Under the pieces are notes generated by a model. It did not search any database, was not told the DNA's origin, and was given only the letters and a program-made list of their open reading frames with translations. Position numbers and translations under genes: made by a program. Shown one piece after another: positions 25,930 to 40,099 of a DNA stretch of 64,000 nt; positions within the stretch are counted from its first letter, which is position 1, and every line of letters begins with the position of its first letter. The DNA is taken from the NCBI RefSeq assembly GCF_006345805.1, contig NC_042999.1, positions 41,354,001-41,418,000 on the forward strand, read 5' to 3'. The stretch is from Octopus sinensis (taxonomy: Eukaryota).

Positions 25930-26640
25930 TAGACTGTGATTTTGAAAGGAATTTCAACCATGTTTTGTGGTCTGCTACCAAAACAGCTCCTTTATAGGAT
26001 CCAGTTAGCTCAACACATCTTCAGGAGGAACCACGTCCGGTTTCGGCCCCTAATCCTCTACTGTTTTGACGTGGCGGATCCCTTCCTTTCCGAGGTGTCT
26101 TCAGCTCTGGTGTTGAGTGCATGTCTTCTTTCTTCTGTTCCCTGACCTCTTCGATGTAGCGTCAACGAATATCAGCGGGCGACTGACTGTCTCGTCAAAT
26201 TTCCCTTTAAATATCTGTTGCTAGTCTCCAGCAGGCAGCCCCAGCTTGTTTTCAGGTGACACTGTCTCAACTTTAACTGACCAAAGGAGGGCGCTTAGTC
26301 TAGCCCACGCATTTTCTGAACGAGGCCGTCACCTGTCAATCAGCGAAGTTACTTCGGTGTCAGCCTGTCTCAACTAGTGATGTTATTTTCCTGCCGGCAT
26401 GTTATGCCTTTCAAGACATTCTTGGTCTTCCCGCTTCAGCCATATATATAGAAGCTGATTTTTTCGACCGCCTCCTGTATTCTCCTTATTAGCTTTCTCA
26501 GTTCCGAGCTAGATAATGTAAATATTCTTTTGAATAACGTTGTAATTTTTCTTTTAATGAAGGCCCTAGCCCCCACTGCCAGGTGGTAATACTCGACAGT
26601 CCACCCCTAATTCTGACAGTTTGATTAACTTTATAGTGGC
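25930..26640 (-). mobile_element. Degenerate RLE-type (HERO-like) non-LTR element 3' end
   Basis: Manual translation gives GWTVEYYHLAVGARAF...IQEAVEKISFYI.WLKREDQE, resembling the recalled HERO C-terminal GW...EVG.RGF...AE.AS.WLW.KR motif, followed by a putative 3' UTR. Confidence 0.55.
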
Positions 26641-27325
26641 TCTTACTTTTCTTCATTGGAATAAATTAAAAACGATAATCATCTATTAAAGGACTTGCAG
26701 GAACCATTAGTCTCTAATAACATTTGTCTGAAGATATTGGTACTATTTCGAGTGATCTTATCAACGCAAGGCAATACCAATCTTCAAGTTCTACTGGCTA
26801 TTATTTTCTGTGTATTAAAGCACATTTCATATAGGCTGAGGTTTGGTATATATAAGTGTGAACTGCAGTATTTTTTTTTTGTATTGTTTTTAGGTACCTA
26901 TGTTGTGAAATAATAATTAGATATGTATAGTCACTTGTAAAAATGTAAGTATGTAAGAAATAATAGAACAGCTAATGTGAGTTATCATTGTCTGAATTGA
27001 AAACTGTTCAGTTAAGGCAAAAAGATGCTACTTAGGAGATATGCTTTATGTTTTAAAGTAATTACATTGTGACAACTGATTTTACGTTTTCTGTATTGTC
27101 AACATATATTTGAAATATTCTTCATTATGGCATCTTACTTAACCTACTACAATATGTGCGTGCGCGTGTATCAATGTTAGTTGTAGTGACTTGTGATAGG
27201 AAACCCCATTATTCTTTCAAAATACAAACCAGTATCGCAAATATCACGACGCAAGTGTCTGAAGAAATCTTACAAAGAGTTTGGTCAAAAGCGTCAGATT
27301 ATCAAAACACTGAGATGATTGGTAA

Positions 27326-27425
27326 NNNNNNNNNNNNNNNNNNNNNNNNNNNNNNNNNNNNNNNNNNNNNNNNNNNNNNNNNNNNNNNNNNNNNNNNNNN
27401 NNNNNNNNNNNNNNNNNNNNNNNNN
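27326..27425. other. Assembly gap (100 N)
   Basis: Run of exactly 100 N. Confidence 1.
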
Positions 27426-27904
27426 CGAACTCTTTCTAGACGGCGACTAAACCGTCGAGAACTTGACGAATTTCACGCGTTATATGTACGCACTTCTGCA
27501 GTTTTTTTTACGTTATTTACCGCGAAAAGCTTCAAATATGAAAGTGTCTTCAGTTGGTATTTTTTTCTTTAAAGTCGTGGCTTTCATGATTATTCAAAGG
27601 AATCAAATACTCAACCTTGCATGTTTCTGATAACTTTACAAAAATTTTCATAAAACTTTTAACAAATTTTGAGATAGAATATCACTCAAATTCATTAATC
27701 TTGTAAAATAATCATTTTTATTAAGGCAGAAAAATTGCATTTTGCAGATCGATGACTAAAGGGAATGTTACATAGTGACTATTATTAGACGGAAGGGTAA
27801 AAGTCAGCCATATTTATGATTACAGTTTGGAGTACGCAGCATCGTCTTGGTCATCCGAATTTAAAGTTGTTTGGGAGCATAACCTCGTATACACACACGC
27901 ATAC

Positions 27905-27936
<32 letters not shown>

Positions 27937-28457
27937 GAAATAGTGTAATTCACTCAGAATTAGTTATATTATTATTTGCTATATTATTAGTTATAATATT
28001 AATTTTTATTTTGGAAAGAATAGAGTATAAAAGCTTTCACGTTTATATCAATAATTATCTAAAACTGGTAGGAATATTATCTGCATAGACTTCAAGGGCT
28101 AGGGTGTTATTTAATTGGATCATTTAGGAGTGAGTTATAGGTTTACTTATAGAATTTATTGACCGATACTGTTGTTGTACGTAGAGTAAATGTGTTTCTT
28201 TGTTGTAGTTTGATTAATAATGTTAGTGTTTAATCCTTCCTAGAATTAAAATTGAATGAATATGGTGATATCTAAGGTATGATTGTTCCCAAACAACACT
28301 TGTTTTAGTGCTGTTGACACCGCCGGATCGAATGGTACTGCCCAGATGTCGAAACCATAGTGATATCCGTGAGGCAGCTGATGAAGGGCTGTTGGTATGG
28401 CTGTTATTGCATGTGCGATATAATTTTATAAAACATCTATTTGATATCTATATACAT

Positions 28458-28856
28458 CTTTTACTTGTTTCAGTCATGTGACTGTGGCCATGCTGGAGCA
28501 CTGCCTTTAGTCGAGCAAATCGACCCCAGGATTTATTATTTGTAAGAATAGTATTTATCTTATCGGTCTCTTTTGTCGAATCGCTAGTTTACGGGGACGT
28601 AAACACACCAGCATCGGTTGTCAAGCGATGTTGGGTGGGGGCAAATACAGATACACAAACATAAACACCCACATACATATACATATACATATATACGACG
28701 GGTTTCTTTCAGTTTCCGTCTACCAAATCCACTCACTAGGCTTTGGTCGACGCGAGGCTCTAGTAGAAGACATTTGCCCAAGCTGCCACGCAGTGGGACT
28801 TAACCCAGAGCCATGTGATTGGTAATCAAGCTACTTATCATACAGCCACTCCTACG
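28458..28856 (-). mobile_element. SINE family A
   Basis: Reverse complement of family A. Confidence 0.9.
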
Positions 28857-28858
28857 CC

Positions 28859-28919
<61 letters not shown>

Positions 28920-29242
28920 TATATAGCCATGTGCACATATTCGTGTATCTATACTAATAAAGTCGTGCTCTTACTTACCTAATATGTGTAATGCAAAGGG
29001 ATGTAACTCTCATAGTAAGAGAGACACTTGATTATTATTGTAGTGGTAGCAGAGGAGACGGTGGGTCCGACGTTTGCTTTGATTGTGCTGAATGGAGAAA
29101 GAGTAAGAGAAAGCTTTTTTCAACAGAATTCTAAGATGTGAGGTTGTATTGTTTCACTGCGACTTGTTTCATCTACATTTCTCTGTCTCTATCTCTCTCT
29201 CTCTCTCTTTCCTTCTCTCTTTTACCATCTCTCTCTCCATCT

Positions 29243-29280
<38 letters not shown>

Positions 29281-29820
29281 ATTATCTCCATTGACAGTAT
29301 CAACGTCATCAGAGCCATCTCGACCATCGTCACCATAACGACCAACGCCTTTCTCTCCACCATCAACACTATGATAATGGCCAACAGTAATCCGTGTTCG
29401 TATATATTCTTACGTCTGTAGCTGTGATCGCTGCGGTAAAAGCGTTCAGCTACGTGCATGAATCTGTCTCTCAATCCTTATAACATTTTGTAAGTGCCAA
29501 CATTGAAGACAAAGTAAATGTAGAGACACCCACAGATATACTGACATACATGCTTTCTCTCTTTCTCTCTTTCTCTCTCACTCTCTCTGTCTCTCTCTCT
29601 ATCACACACACACGCGCGCGCGCGCGCTCACATGCGCATATATCTAAAGGGAATCAGTGACAAACGTAAACGCTCACCGCAGCAAATACCCAAATAAACG
29701 CACACGGAAATATATTCACAGACATCAAAGCATCTGGCAATACTTAGTAATATACAAACGAGGACTAACTCTTGCAGAAGACAGTTGTATATAAAAACCT
29801 ATATCACTAGTTTGCTGAAT

Positions 29821-29990
29821 TATGAGGGGGTGCTGAAAAGTTCCTGACGTTAAGAGGATCGTGAAAGGCCTGGCTGGAGGTCTAGCCATCTGAGTTCTTT
29901 TACAGAGCTTAGAAAAACCGAAGGACCGCTGCAATAAATGTGAATATGTTGAATATGTTGAATAAAATCATAATTAACTGCTCCCTCCTT
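29821..29990 (+). mobile_element. Mariner-derived short non-autonomous fragment
   Basis: Starts TATGAGGGGGTGCTGAAAAGTTCC (mariner TIR-like) and has a transposase-end-like R.NK...YVE segment. A related copy lies at 39590-39790 (minus). Confidence 0.55.
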
Positions 29991-30029
29991 CCGTATTACG
30001 GATAACGAGGAACTTTTCAGTGGCCACTC

Positions 30030-30043
30030 GTATGTGTATATAC

Positions 30044-30079
<36 letters not shown>

Positions 30080-30472
30080 ATATATGTATATGTATGTATG
30101 TATGTATGTATATGTATGTATGTATGTATGTATATGTATGTATGTATATATATGTATGTATGTATATATGTATGTATATATGTATGTATATATGTATGTA
30201 TGTATGTATATATATATGTATGTATATATATATGTATGTATATATATATGTATATATGTATGTATGTATATATATATATGTATATATATATGTATGTATA
30301 TATGTATGTATATATGTATGTATGTATGTATATATATATGTATATATATATGTATGTATATATGTATGTATATATGTATGTATATATATGTTTGTATATA
30401 TATATATGTATGTATATATATATGTATGTATATATATATATGTATATATATATGTATATATATGTATGTATA

Positions 30473-30505
<33 letters not shown>

Positions 30506-30833
30506 ATATATATATGTATGTATGTATATATATATGTATGCTGTATATATATATATGTATGTAGATGTATATATATTATATATGTAGTATATATATGTAT
30601 GTATGGATATTATATGTATGTATGTATGGATATATGTAGTATATATATATATGTATGTATGATATATATCTATGTATGTATGTATATATATATGTATGTA
30701 TATATATATATGTATGTATATATATATGTATGTATGTATATGTATGTATGTATGTATGTATATGTATGTATGTATGTATATATATATATATATGTATGTA
30801 TATATATATATGTATATATATATATATGTATGT

Positions 30834-30867
<34 letters not shown>

Positions 30868-30868
30868 G

Positions 30869-30901
<33 letters not shown>

Positions 30902-30950
30902 GTACGTGCATGCATACATACATGCACACGTGCATACACATACACACATA
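30030..30950. repeat. TA/TATG microsatellite array
   Basis: Direct inspection. Confidence 0.97.
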
Positions 30951-30964
30951 TATAAATTCTTTTA

Positions 30965-31330
30965 TTCATTTACCTGTCTCAATTAGATGATTCAGTTGAC
31001 TGAGGCCATGCTGGGGGGACACTGCCTTGAACGGTTTTTGCTAAACAAATCGACCCCTGGACGACTTAATTTTTAAAGCCTGGTACTTATACAATCGATG
31101 TCTTTGGCCAAACCCCTAATTTACGAGGACATAAACGCACCAACACAGGTTATCAAGCCGTGGTGGGGAGACAAGCACAGACACAAAGACACACACAAGT
31201 ACACATATACACGACGGGGTTCTTTTCAGTTTCCGGCTAACAAATCCACTTACTAGGCTTTGGTGAGCTTGAGGCTATAATAGAAGTCTCATGCTCATGG
31301 TACCATGCAGTGGGACCGAGCGCAGAAAAG
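30965..31330 (-). mobile_element. SINE family A, degenerate
   Basis: Reverse complement similar to family A. Confidence 0.7.
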
Positions 31331-31729
31331 TAGTTGGGAAGCCATCGTCTTGCCACATTGCTACGCTTGAGTTATGTATATATACCAGCTTCACCGTCAC
31401 TGCTATTTCTTACCAGAACCAGCGCATTCAGTATCAAACACTGAAAGCAATGAAAATATTGCTATTACCAACACAGCAACACCTTAATGACCATATACAA
31501 TAGTAACAATGCTTTTAAGAAGATACTGAACGTCTGAAATAAAGAAAAACGATCACAAGAGTGCTCTAGTTTATTTTAAATTTTGAATGATATGCTTTTG
31601 ATTTTAGGTCAATGGCAATTGATTTAAAACTAAACAGCAACAACAATACAATGAACCAGAGCAATATAATCCCCAGCACCACGAACAATATTACCACCGT
31701 CCCTGCCACCACTATCACTTATTTATGCG

Positions 31730-32030
31730 CCCTTTTCAAGCCTAGCCAGGCTCGTGGGCCCGGTTTCCCGGTTTCTGTGGCGTATGTGTTCCCCCCAGCT
31801 GGACTATATATATATATATAGTCCATCGCAGCGTTACTCAAGAAACAGGAGGAAAGAGTGAGAGAAAGTTGGGGCGAAAGAGTACAACAGGGGTCGCCAC
31901 CACCCCCTGCCGGAGCCTCGTGGAACTTTAGGTGTCTTCGCTCAATAAACAAAAACGCCCGGTCTAAGAATCGAAACCGCGATTTTCCGACCGCGAGCCC
32001 GCTGCCCTAACCACTGGGTCACTGCGCCCC
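31730..32030 (-). mobile_element. SINE with family B head and body and a different 3' tail
   Basis: Head and body match 46760-46920. The tail (...gtccagctggggggaacacatacgccacagaaaccgggaaaccgggcccacgagcctggctagg) is not shared with B. Confidence 0.75.
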
Positions 32031-32402
32031 CTCAAAATCTTCCTTCTGGAGCCGTCTCCAGCATTACTAACATAAAAACCAATGCGACCGCCAACAGTAA
32101 CCCACTGACTTTTGAGTAATAGTATTTAAAGAAGAATCCACTTGATTGTAATGTGCATAGCTACTTGTGTTTCAGGTCAGCGCAGGGGGAAGAGCGGAGG
32201 AGATTACGAAAGCTTTAGAGCTCTCATCTGAGGTGCAATGTCTCAGGATAGGCGTTCAACAAGCTGTACTTATACAGTACTTCCTCCTACATCAATATGT
32301 CAGCTGTTCATTGTTTTCCTTTCCATTCTTACACCCATATTAATAAAACAACGGTATTGTGTTCTCACAAACCAGTTCTTTCTTCATATCATTACTGTTA
32401 CA

Positions 32403-32572
32403 AGGCGTAGGAGTGGCTGTGTGGTAAGTAGCTTGTTTACCAACCACATGGTTTTGGGTTCAGTCCTACTGCGTGGCACCTTCGGCAAGTGTCTTCTACT
32501 GTAGCCTCGCGTCGACCAATGCCTTGTGAGTGGATTTGGTAGACGGAAACTGAAAGAAGCCCGTGGTATATG

Positions 32573-32637
<65 letters not shown>

Positions 32638-32856
32638 GTGTGTGTGTATATGTTTGTGTGTCTGTATTTGTCCCACCAACATCGCCTGGAACCAATGCTG
32701 GTGTGTTTACCTCATAGTTACTTAGCGGTTCGGCAAAAGAGACCGATAGAATAAGTACTAGGCTTACAAAGAATAAGTTCTAGGGTCGATTTGCTCGACT
32801 AAAGGCGGTGCTCCAGTATGGCCACAGTCAAATGATTGAAACAAGTAAAAGAGTAA
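32403..32856 (+). mobile_element. SINE family A
   Basis: Full-length match with internal (TA)n(TG)n. Confidence 0.9.
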
Positions 32857-32929
32857 ATATTTTTTTCGGATAAATATTCATCACCAGCGCTATTAAGACT
32901 CAATTATAATTCAAGGTGTCTCGAAGAAG

Positions 32930-33560
32930 AAGTTATGTGGAACTGAAGGTAGCAGTGCGAAAAAAAAACGTAAGCGGCTCAGAATGGATATTAATCTTGA
33001 TGTCTTAAATTGGTGTGATGCAAGAGAGAAATTCAACCACACTGTCAAAATATTAAAGCAAAATCATACAACGTCTACAATGTGAACTATACATGACGAT
33101 AAAGAGAAAGTTAAGCCAAATGATCAAGAAGATACTCTGTCAACTAGAACATTATATTTTGATAGATTTGACATAACTCTTACAATGACGCTGGTCTTGT
33201 AGCATGAATCGGAAAGCTGTACGACCAGACTGTATCTCTGATTGTACAACTTTTCCTCCAGTAAAATTCGTATATGTGATTCGGAATGTTATTGTGACAC
33301 TTGAAATTGACGTGGACCTTTCGAAAGTTCTAGAAAATAATGTCAAAGTAACCTGAGAATCTGGAGGAAAACACAGCAAATGTAAATTGACTGCGAAGAA
33401 TATTGTTAAAGGATTGGCACTTATAGAGAAAGGTTTGCAGCATTTTATTCTTATCAAACCAAAACATGAACGTAGCATAAAAATTCTTAAAGGAGTTTAC
33501 ACTAGATTAAGTTTCTACTCTGGACACTAGTACAAACAATTTTGAAAAAAATTTCAGTTC
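32930..33560 (+). mobile_element. Degenerate pogo/Tigger-like transposon remnant
   Basis: KKKRKRLRMDINLDVLNW (HTH-like start) and KLTAKNIVKGLALIEKGLQHF...HERSIKILKGV (Tigger-like C-terminus), with stops; the catalytic core is missing. Confidence 0.4.
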
Positions 33561-34629
33561 AATCAGATGTTGTTTGATGAAGATAGTGTTCCTCATCCTC
33601 CCAGTATCATTCACATCATCACTACTCTTCAGGGACAACTCAACTTCTTTTGTGGTAAACACGTACACTGTTATTATACTACGATTCTTATTTATGCCCT
33701 TACAGGTTTCACGCACTTCAAATTTTTTTATGCATACATATACTGTGTATATTTATAAATGTCTTGGGCATATTGCTTTTTATTCACTTATATTTCAAGA
33801 ATTTTCTTCATTGGTCTTCTGTGGTCTCTTGCGCAATTACTTTCACGGTCTATGCACAACCTGGTTGACTGGCGCTATTGCTGACGTTATTGAAATCGCT
33901 AGTCACCATTGTTTTATGTTTGCATTCTCAACAGTGGCATACTACGCTTAGAGAATTTTTTTATTCCCTCCCGGTTCTGCAGAACAACACACTACAAAAA
34001 TACGATCTCAATTTTTTCCTTCAACATTTATAAGCAACTAAACCCTTGCACAAACTATGGCCTAAAAAATCAAAAAAATATAACAGTATTAATATTTTCC
34101 CAGTTATCCCTGATTTGAAGTGGCGGAAAACGCTAGGATAGCGGCCTCCTTTTCCTTATTACTTAGTAGTTTGACCTTAGATGTAGGTGTTAAAAATCTC
34201 GTTAGGTGATTGATATCAACTATATTAAAATAGCTACATGAGATTGAAGATATATATATATAAGTTCATCATACTAAACTCACCGAGTATGACCAAATAT
34301 TTTGTTTACACGTTTTCGAAATGTACATATATATTAAATACATTTATGCACTTCTGTGTATGTTCTCTCTGCACGAGGTGTGGATATTTTAATTAAACAT
34401 TCGTAATATTCAATTTCTTACCAATATAGTAGTTCATTCATCAACTCAATTTCTGTGTGACATGAAATCTGTTTTTATTTTTTTCTCTTTCTCATCTTGT
34501 CTATTTTCCAGATTCTTCTGTAAGAAGAAGTCTTCAGGGAGTCCAAGTCATTTAACTGCCCTGAAACCTGCTGCAAACACCTTTTATTCAGGAAGACAAT
34601 TTCAGGTAAAGAAAGTAATCGTTATTGCA

Positions 34630-34721
34630 TACGTACGTACGTACACATAGCTACACACATACATACACACAAACCGCACACACATACACGCACACACATT
34701 TTGGTGTATATATATATATAT

Positions 34722-34762
<41 letters not shown>

Positions 34763-35070
34763 GCATACATATGTATATACATATATATATAATATATATA
34801 TATATGCATACATATGTATAATATATATCTGCACATATAAATATATGATATATACACATATATACATGTATATTTACGTGTGTGTGTATATATAAATACA
34901 TATGTGTGTATGTGTGTGTGTGTGTGTAAATAAGTATATATATAGATATATGCATATATATATGTGTATATACATAAATATATACATACATATATACGTA
35001 CATGTATATATATACATATATGTGTGTATATATATATATATATTGATATATTTATGTATATATGTATGTT

Positions 35071-35105
<35 letters not shown>

Positions 35106-35150
35106 TGTGTATATAATTACAAAGATATATATATACAAGATATATAGTCA
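34630..35150. repeat. TA/TG microsatellite region
   Basis: Direct inspection. Confidence 0.9.
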
Positions 35151-36218
35151 ATTTCATTATATATGTGCATGTGTGCGTATGTGTGTGTAGTCAATTTCAT
35201 TATATCTTACAATTTCATAAACTTGTGTCCCTCTGTTCGATTACACAATTTTCTTGATTTATATTTGACAAGTATTTTCCAGCCCTTTCTCTAGAGAATT
35301 TGTGATTATTGACGTTTTTTTTTTTTTTTATCTTTCTCGCACTTCTTACCGCTTTCAATTTTATATTGTAGTTCTCTGATTTTTTTTTCATACTTTTTTC
35401 TCATCGCTCCCCATTTTATTATTCTCTTACGCTTGAAGCTTAAATCATGAAATTGAAATTTCCATATGCTAATGGTTGGACAAATACAAATATACATGTA
35501 TTTCTGTTGTTGAGATTCTATTTATTTTTCTTTATCTGTCTTTTTTTTCTATTCTACATAGCAATTTGCTTATTTCCAAAATTGATTCCGAAGTCTTTAC
35601 ACTGTCCTAAAAGGTCTTAGCCGAATTAGGTTCACTCATTCCATTTTCGCATATTTCTATCTTTTGAATTCTTTTTCCCTTGCTCTTATTCTTACTCTTT
35701 AGTTTCGTATTTTTTATGTCTTTCTCTCACTCTAATCTCTTCCACTGTATTGCTTCTTCTTGCACCTCTATAATTTAATGCCTTATATATGTATATGCCT
35801 CTTTTAAAATCTCATCTCATTCTCTCTCTAGCTTTCAACATTTGAATCTATTATTTGCCATATATTTTCAAATCTTTTTACTATAATCCTTCTTGTGTTT
35901 TATTCGCAAAACATAAAATCATCCACGTAATCAAACTATTTTAATATTCATCTAGAGATGAAATTTATTGTAAACGAAGAGATTTCGTATTTTGATACAG
36001 GAGAAATTATCGAAACACCTCAAATTTATTGACACTTCTTATATTATATCAACTACAGCACGGAAGTTAATAACTATTGAAACATTTTTATCAAAAACAC
36101 ACGAAGTAGACATGATATTTAAAATCTGCAGTGCTTACTACTATAATTGTGACTTTTCTCCCCATCTCTTACAGCTCAGTGTTTTTCTTCTTATAGTTTT
36201 GTATATATACAAAAGTAA

Positions 36219-36382
36219 GGGCGCAGGAGTGGCTGTGTGGTAAGTAGCTTGCTAACCAACCACATGGTTCCGGATTCAGTCCCACTGCGTGGCATCTTGG
36301 GCAAGTGTCTTCTGCTATAGCCCCGGGCCGACCAATGCCTTGTGAGTGGATTTGGTAGACGGAAACTTAAAGAAGCCTGTCG

Positions 36383-36424
<42 letters not shown>

Positions 36425-36612
36425 TGTGTCTGTGTGTGTCCGATGCTGGTGTGTGTTTACGCCCCCGTCACTTAGCGGTTCGGCAAAAGAGACCGATAGA
36501 ATAAGTACTGGGCTTACAAAGAATAAGTCCCAGGGTCGATTTGCTCGACTAAAGGCGGTGCTCCAGCATGGCCGCAGTCAAATGACTGAAACAAGTAAAA
36601 GAGTAAAAGAGT
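36219..36612 (+). mobile_element. SINE family A
   Basis: Full-length match ending in AAAAGAGT repeats. Confidence 0.9.
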
Positions 36613-36694
36613 ATACATACACACATATATTTATATATATATGTGTGTGTTTGTGTGTGTGTGTGTTTATGTGTATGTATATATATATATATAT

Positions 36695-37025
36695 ATTCGA
36701 CTGACACTCCATCGGATACGACGACGAAGGTTCCAGTTGATCCGAGCAACAGAACAGACTGCTCTTGAAATTAACATGCAAGTGGCTAAGTACTTCATAG
36801 ACACGTGTACCATTAATGTAGTTATCAAGGAGATTCAGCGTGACATAGTGTGACAAGGCTGGCCCTTTTGAAATACAGGAGTACAACTTGTTTTCGCCAG
36901 CTGAGTGAACAGGAGCAACGTGAAATAAACTATCTTGTTCAGGGACACAACGCGCCGCTGGGAACTGAACTTACGAATTGACGATAGTGAGCCGAATACC
37001 CTATCCACTAAATCACGCGACTTCA
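36695..37025 (-). mobile_element. SINE family E
   Basis: tRNA-like head, CORE-like body and B-type tail. A family A head fragment follows at 37098-37190. Confidence 0.8.
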
Positions 37026-37027
37026 CG

Positions 37028-37074
<47 letters not shown>

Positions 37075-39005
37075 ATATATTTGTCTTATATATAAGCGTG
37101 GCTGTGTGGTAAGAAGCTTCCTTCCCAACCACATGGTTTTGGTTTCAGTCCCACTGAGTGGCACCTTGGGCAGGTGTCTTCTACTATGGCCTAATAAGAA
37201 AACATCGAATATAAGCATTCTCGAATGGCTCTTTGAAAGCGATTTAAGCCTTTGGCCGTTTCCAATTGTCCACTGAATTCAAGGGGAGTTGAGACTTGTT
37301 CTTGGATGCCACATCTAGATTATATCTTCGTATGTATGATAAATTAACGCTCTCTATTAGCCCTTGTACACGTTAATCAATTAATGACCTAAAATTTGTT
37401 GACAAACTACATTGCATGCATGTTCGACCGCATAGTCTCAGTTCATTAATCTGAATTTAAATTTGTTACCTTTATTCTGGAACTTATTTGCTGTATGCCG
37501 AAAATTATGAAAGATTAAAACGAAATGTGCAAAGATTAATAACTATGTTATGCAGATATAATGAAATGTAATGTCTCTTAAGATTTTGTTTAGGTGTTGT
37601 TTATCAGTGATTCATGGCATTTAGTGGATCGCAAATACATCTTTTACAATTGGCCTGCATACAAGTTTATCGCAGGTGATATTCCGTGATTATTATGTTT
37701 AACATCTACTTCTGAAAGTCGTGCAAATTTTAAAGAGACCGAAATGATATTAATCTAAATATATATGAGTGTCAGATTTATGAAAATGAAAATTGCATCA
37801 AATAACCAATTTCAAATCATAACTTGGGTTTAAACAGCCACGGAAAATATGGGTTTCTAACACTTAAAATGCAGCTTCCTTAATGGAAGTTTCAGTTGGT
37901 CAAATTAGCAGGGAGCGTTAAAATCGTAATGTAACGTTTCAAATATGGTTTCTGCCATTTTCAAAATTAAAATTGGTGAAAGAGCTAAAAAAAAAAACCA
38001 ATAGTCTCTCTTTTATTAGTAATGTGATGGAGAAGAATTAAATATATTTGACAAGTTTAAGCTGCCATTAAACTATAAAACCATTATTAACGGAAAATTC
38101 AATTGCCTTTATATTTTTCTCGCTAAGAAATATAAAACAGTATTTAGTTAATCTGTTGAATCAAGGGAATATATTTCTCCCCGCCCCTTTTATTTTGTTA
38201 AAAGCTATTAGCAGATGTAGTAGCAATGAAGCACTCAAGCTACAAATACATCAATTACTTCTTTAAATGATAAAAATAAAACCCTCTTGTCATTTTCCCG
38301 TTTTTTTTTTTTTTAGGATCGAATACTAAAAACCACTTGTAAACAAAAAAGGTTAGCTGACTTTCCGCAAATTTTAGTCGATTTTTATTTCAATTTAAAA
38401 TCGCTTATGGTTATTAAAGTTATCATATATAATAGCCTCAGCCTTAGTTTCTTTGAAGGTTATGAATTAGAAGCTTCACTTTGGAGAAGAGTTATAGCTT
38501 TCTTGAAATCTTGGAACTCACATTCATGTTTAAGCATTATATAGGCTCTCTTCTGCTCGCACGAGAGTGGCAATTTGTCAAAAAATTTAAGATTCGCGAT
38601 TAGACGTAATAACAGATTTTAAGTGTGTACTATACATAAAAAAAATCTTAGCTAAAATAGATTTGGTCAAGCTTCTAAATACCACGGAATTCATTTCAAA
38701 ACAAAACTGTTATTTTTAGTCCCTAAAAAATGTTATGCAATGAGGATTTTTTTTGCTAGCTCATTGTACTACATTTAATTCAGATAATCTGTATAACTGG
38801 TAACGGTTTTATAATGAGAAATATGTATTTTGAGACTAAATATCTCAAAGTAGTTGTATTTAGCATTGTAAAGTATATAAGAAAACGTAAAACAAAAAAA
38901 GAAAAAAAATGAATTCCACAACTGAAAATCTACATGAATAAGATTTCAAAATATATTCTAAGAGCTCCGTACTTGACAGATGTACATAAAATTAAAAGAA
39001 CAAGG

Positions 39006-39056
<51 letters not shown>

Positions 39057-39082
39057 TTAATAATAATAATAATAATAATAAT
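39006..39082. repeat. (AAT)n microsatellite
   Basis: Direct inspection. Confidence 0.97.
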
Positions 39083-39589
39083 AAAGACAAAGTGAGATGA
39101 TGAAAGTCGTGGCAACTAAGTAGAATAGCGTTATTGCAATAAAGACGTGTTGTCTGTCGTTCTTTAGTTTATGTCATTTCATACCTATGATCACAAGAGT
39201 TCCAGGCACGAATGTATTATTCATTTCTTTCGTATCATGAATATACTACTGGATAAATTCAATGTGTCCCTCCGTTTTCAAAGCGCTAGAAGGTAATTTG
39301 AGGAACAGTGGCTGCTGTTTCAAAATACTAATAAGCACACAAGTGCTCTTTATATGGTTTCTCATCGCTTCTATAAATATGACAATAGATAAGAACAGAT
39401 GCAGTCAAAATCACGTGATGGTATATTTTCCAAAATTTGAATTCAAGAATCTGATACAATGTAAATTGCATTGTTATTTTTTTAAAATTCAAATTAGATT
39501 ATATTTATTGAAATTATTATTCAGCTTTAACAAAATTGAAAATTGTTATTGTTATAAACGAAGGAGCGCTGAACGCATCTGGCTTTGGA

Positions 39590-39790
39590 TAAAAGAAAAT
39601 ACAGGAGGATCAATTAACTATGATTTTATTCAACATATTCCCCTCCTAGATTCGCACACTTATTGCAGTGGTTCTTCAGTTTTTTTAAGTTCTGTAAAAG
39701 AACTCAAAAGTTGGAGTCTCCAAGTAAGCCTTTCGCGATACCTTAAAAGCCAGGAATGTTTCAACAATCACGCATATTTCATTCCTCTGA
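39590..39790 (-). mobile_element. Mariner-derived short fragment
   Basis: Inverted relative of 29821-29990. Confidence 0.55.
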
Positions 39791-40099
39791 GGGTCAGTAA
39801 GAGAAGTATAAGTCAAGTACTGGTGTCAATCTTCACTCTTCACGAGTCACTCTTCACAAATTTTCAATCATATGACACTAATATTCGAAATAATAAATGA
39901 TAATAATGATGTTCTTTTTATCAGTCACTAAGAACTCACCAAATGGTCGAGTATGGTATAGGATGATACAAAGTGGTGTTACATAAAAACGCCATTAATT
40001 CCTATACAACGCCAAGGGGGAAATTCCACCGACTGCATTGCTCGACTGGCAAAGGGCTGTTAGCGGCTAACGGCAATTAAAATCCCAGGCGCCCTGCCT

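Noticed and set aside
28340-28395. GAAAC followed by CTGATGA (hammerhead core words)
   Set aside because: The required stems cannot be formed in any topology.
30020-30990. Regular repeat arrays as CRISPR-like or coding
   Set aside because: They are simple-sequence arrays without unique spacers, in a eukaryotic context.
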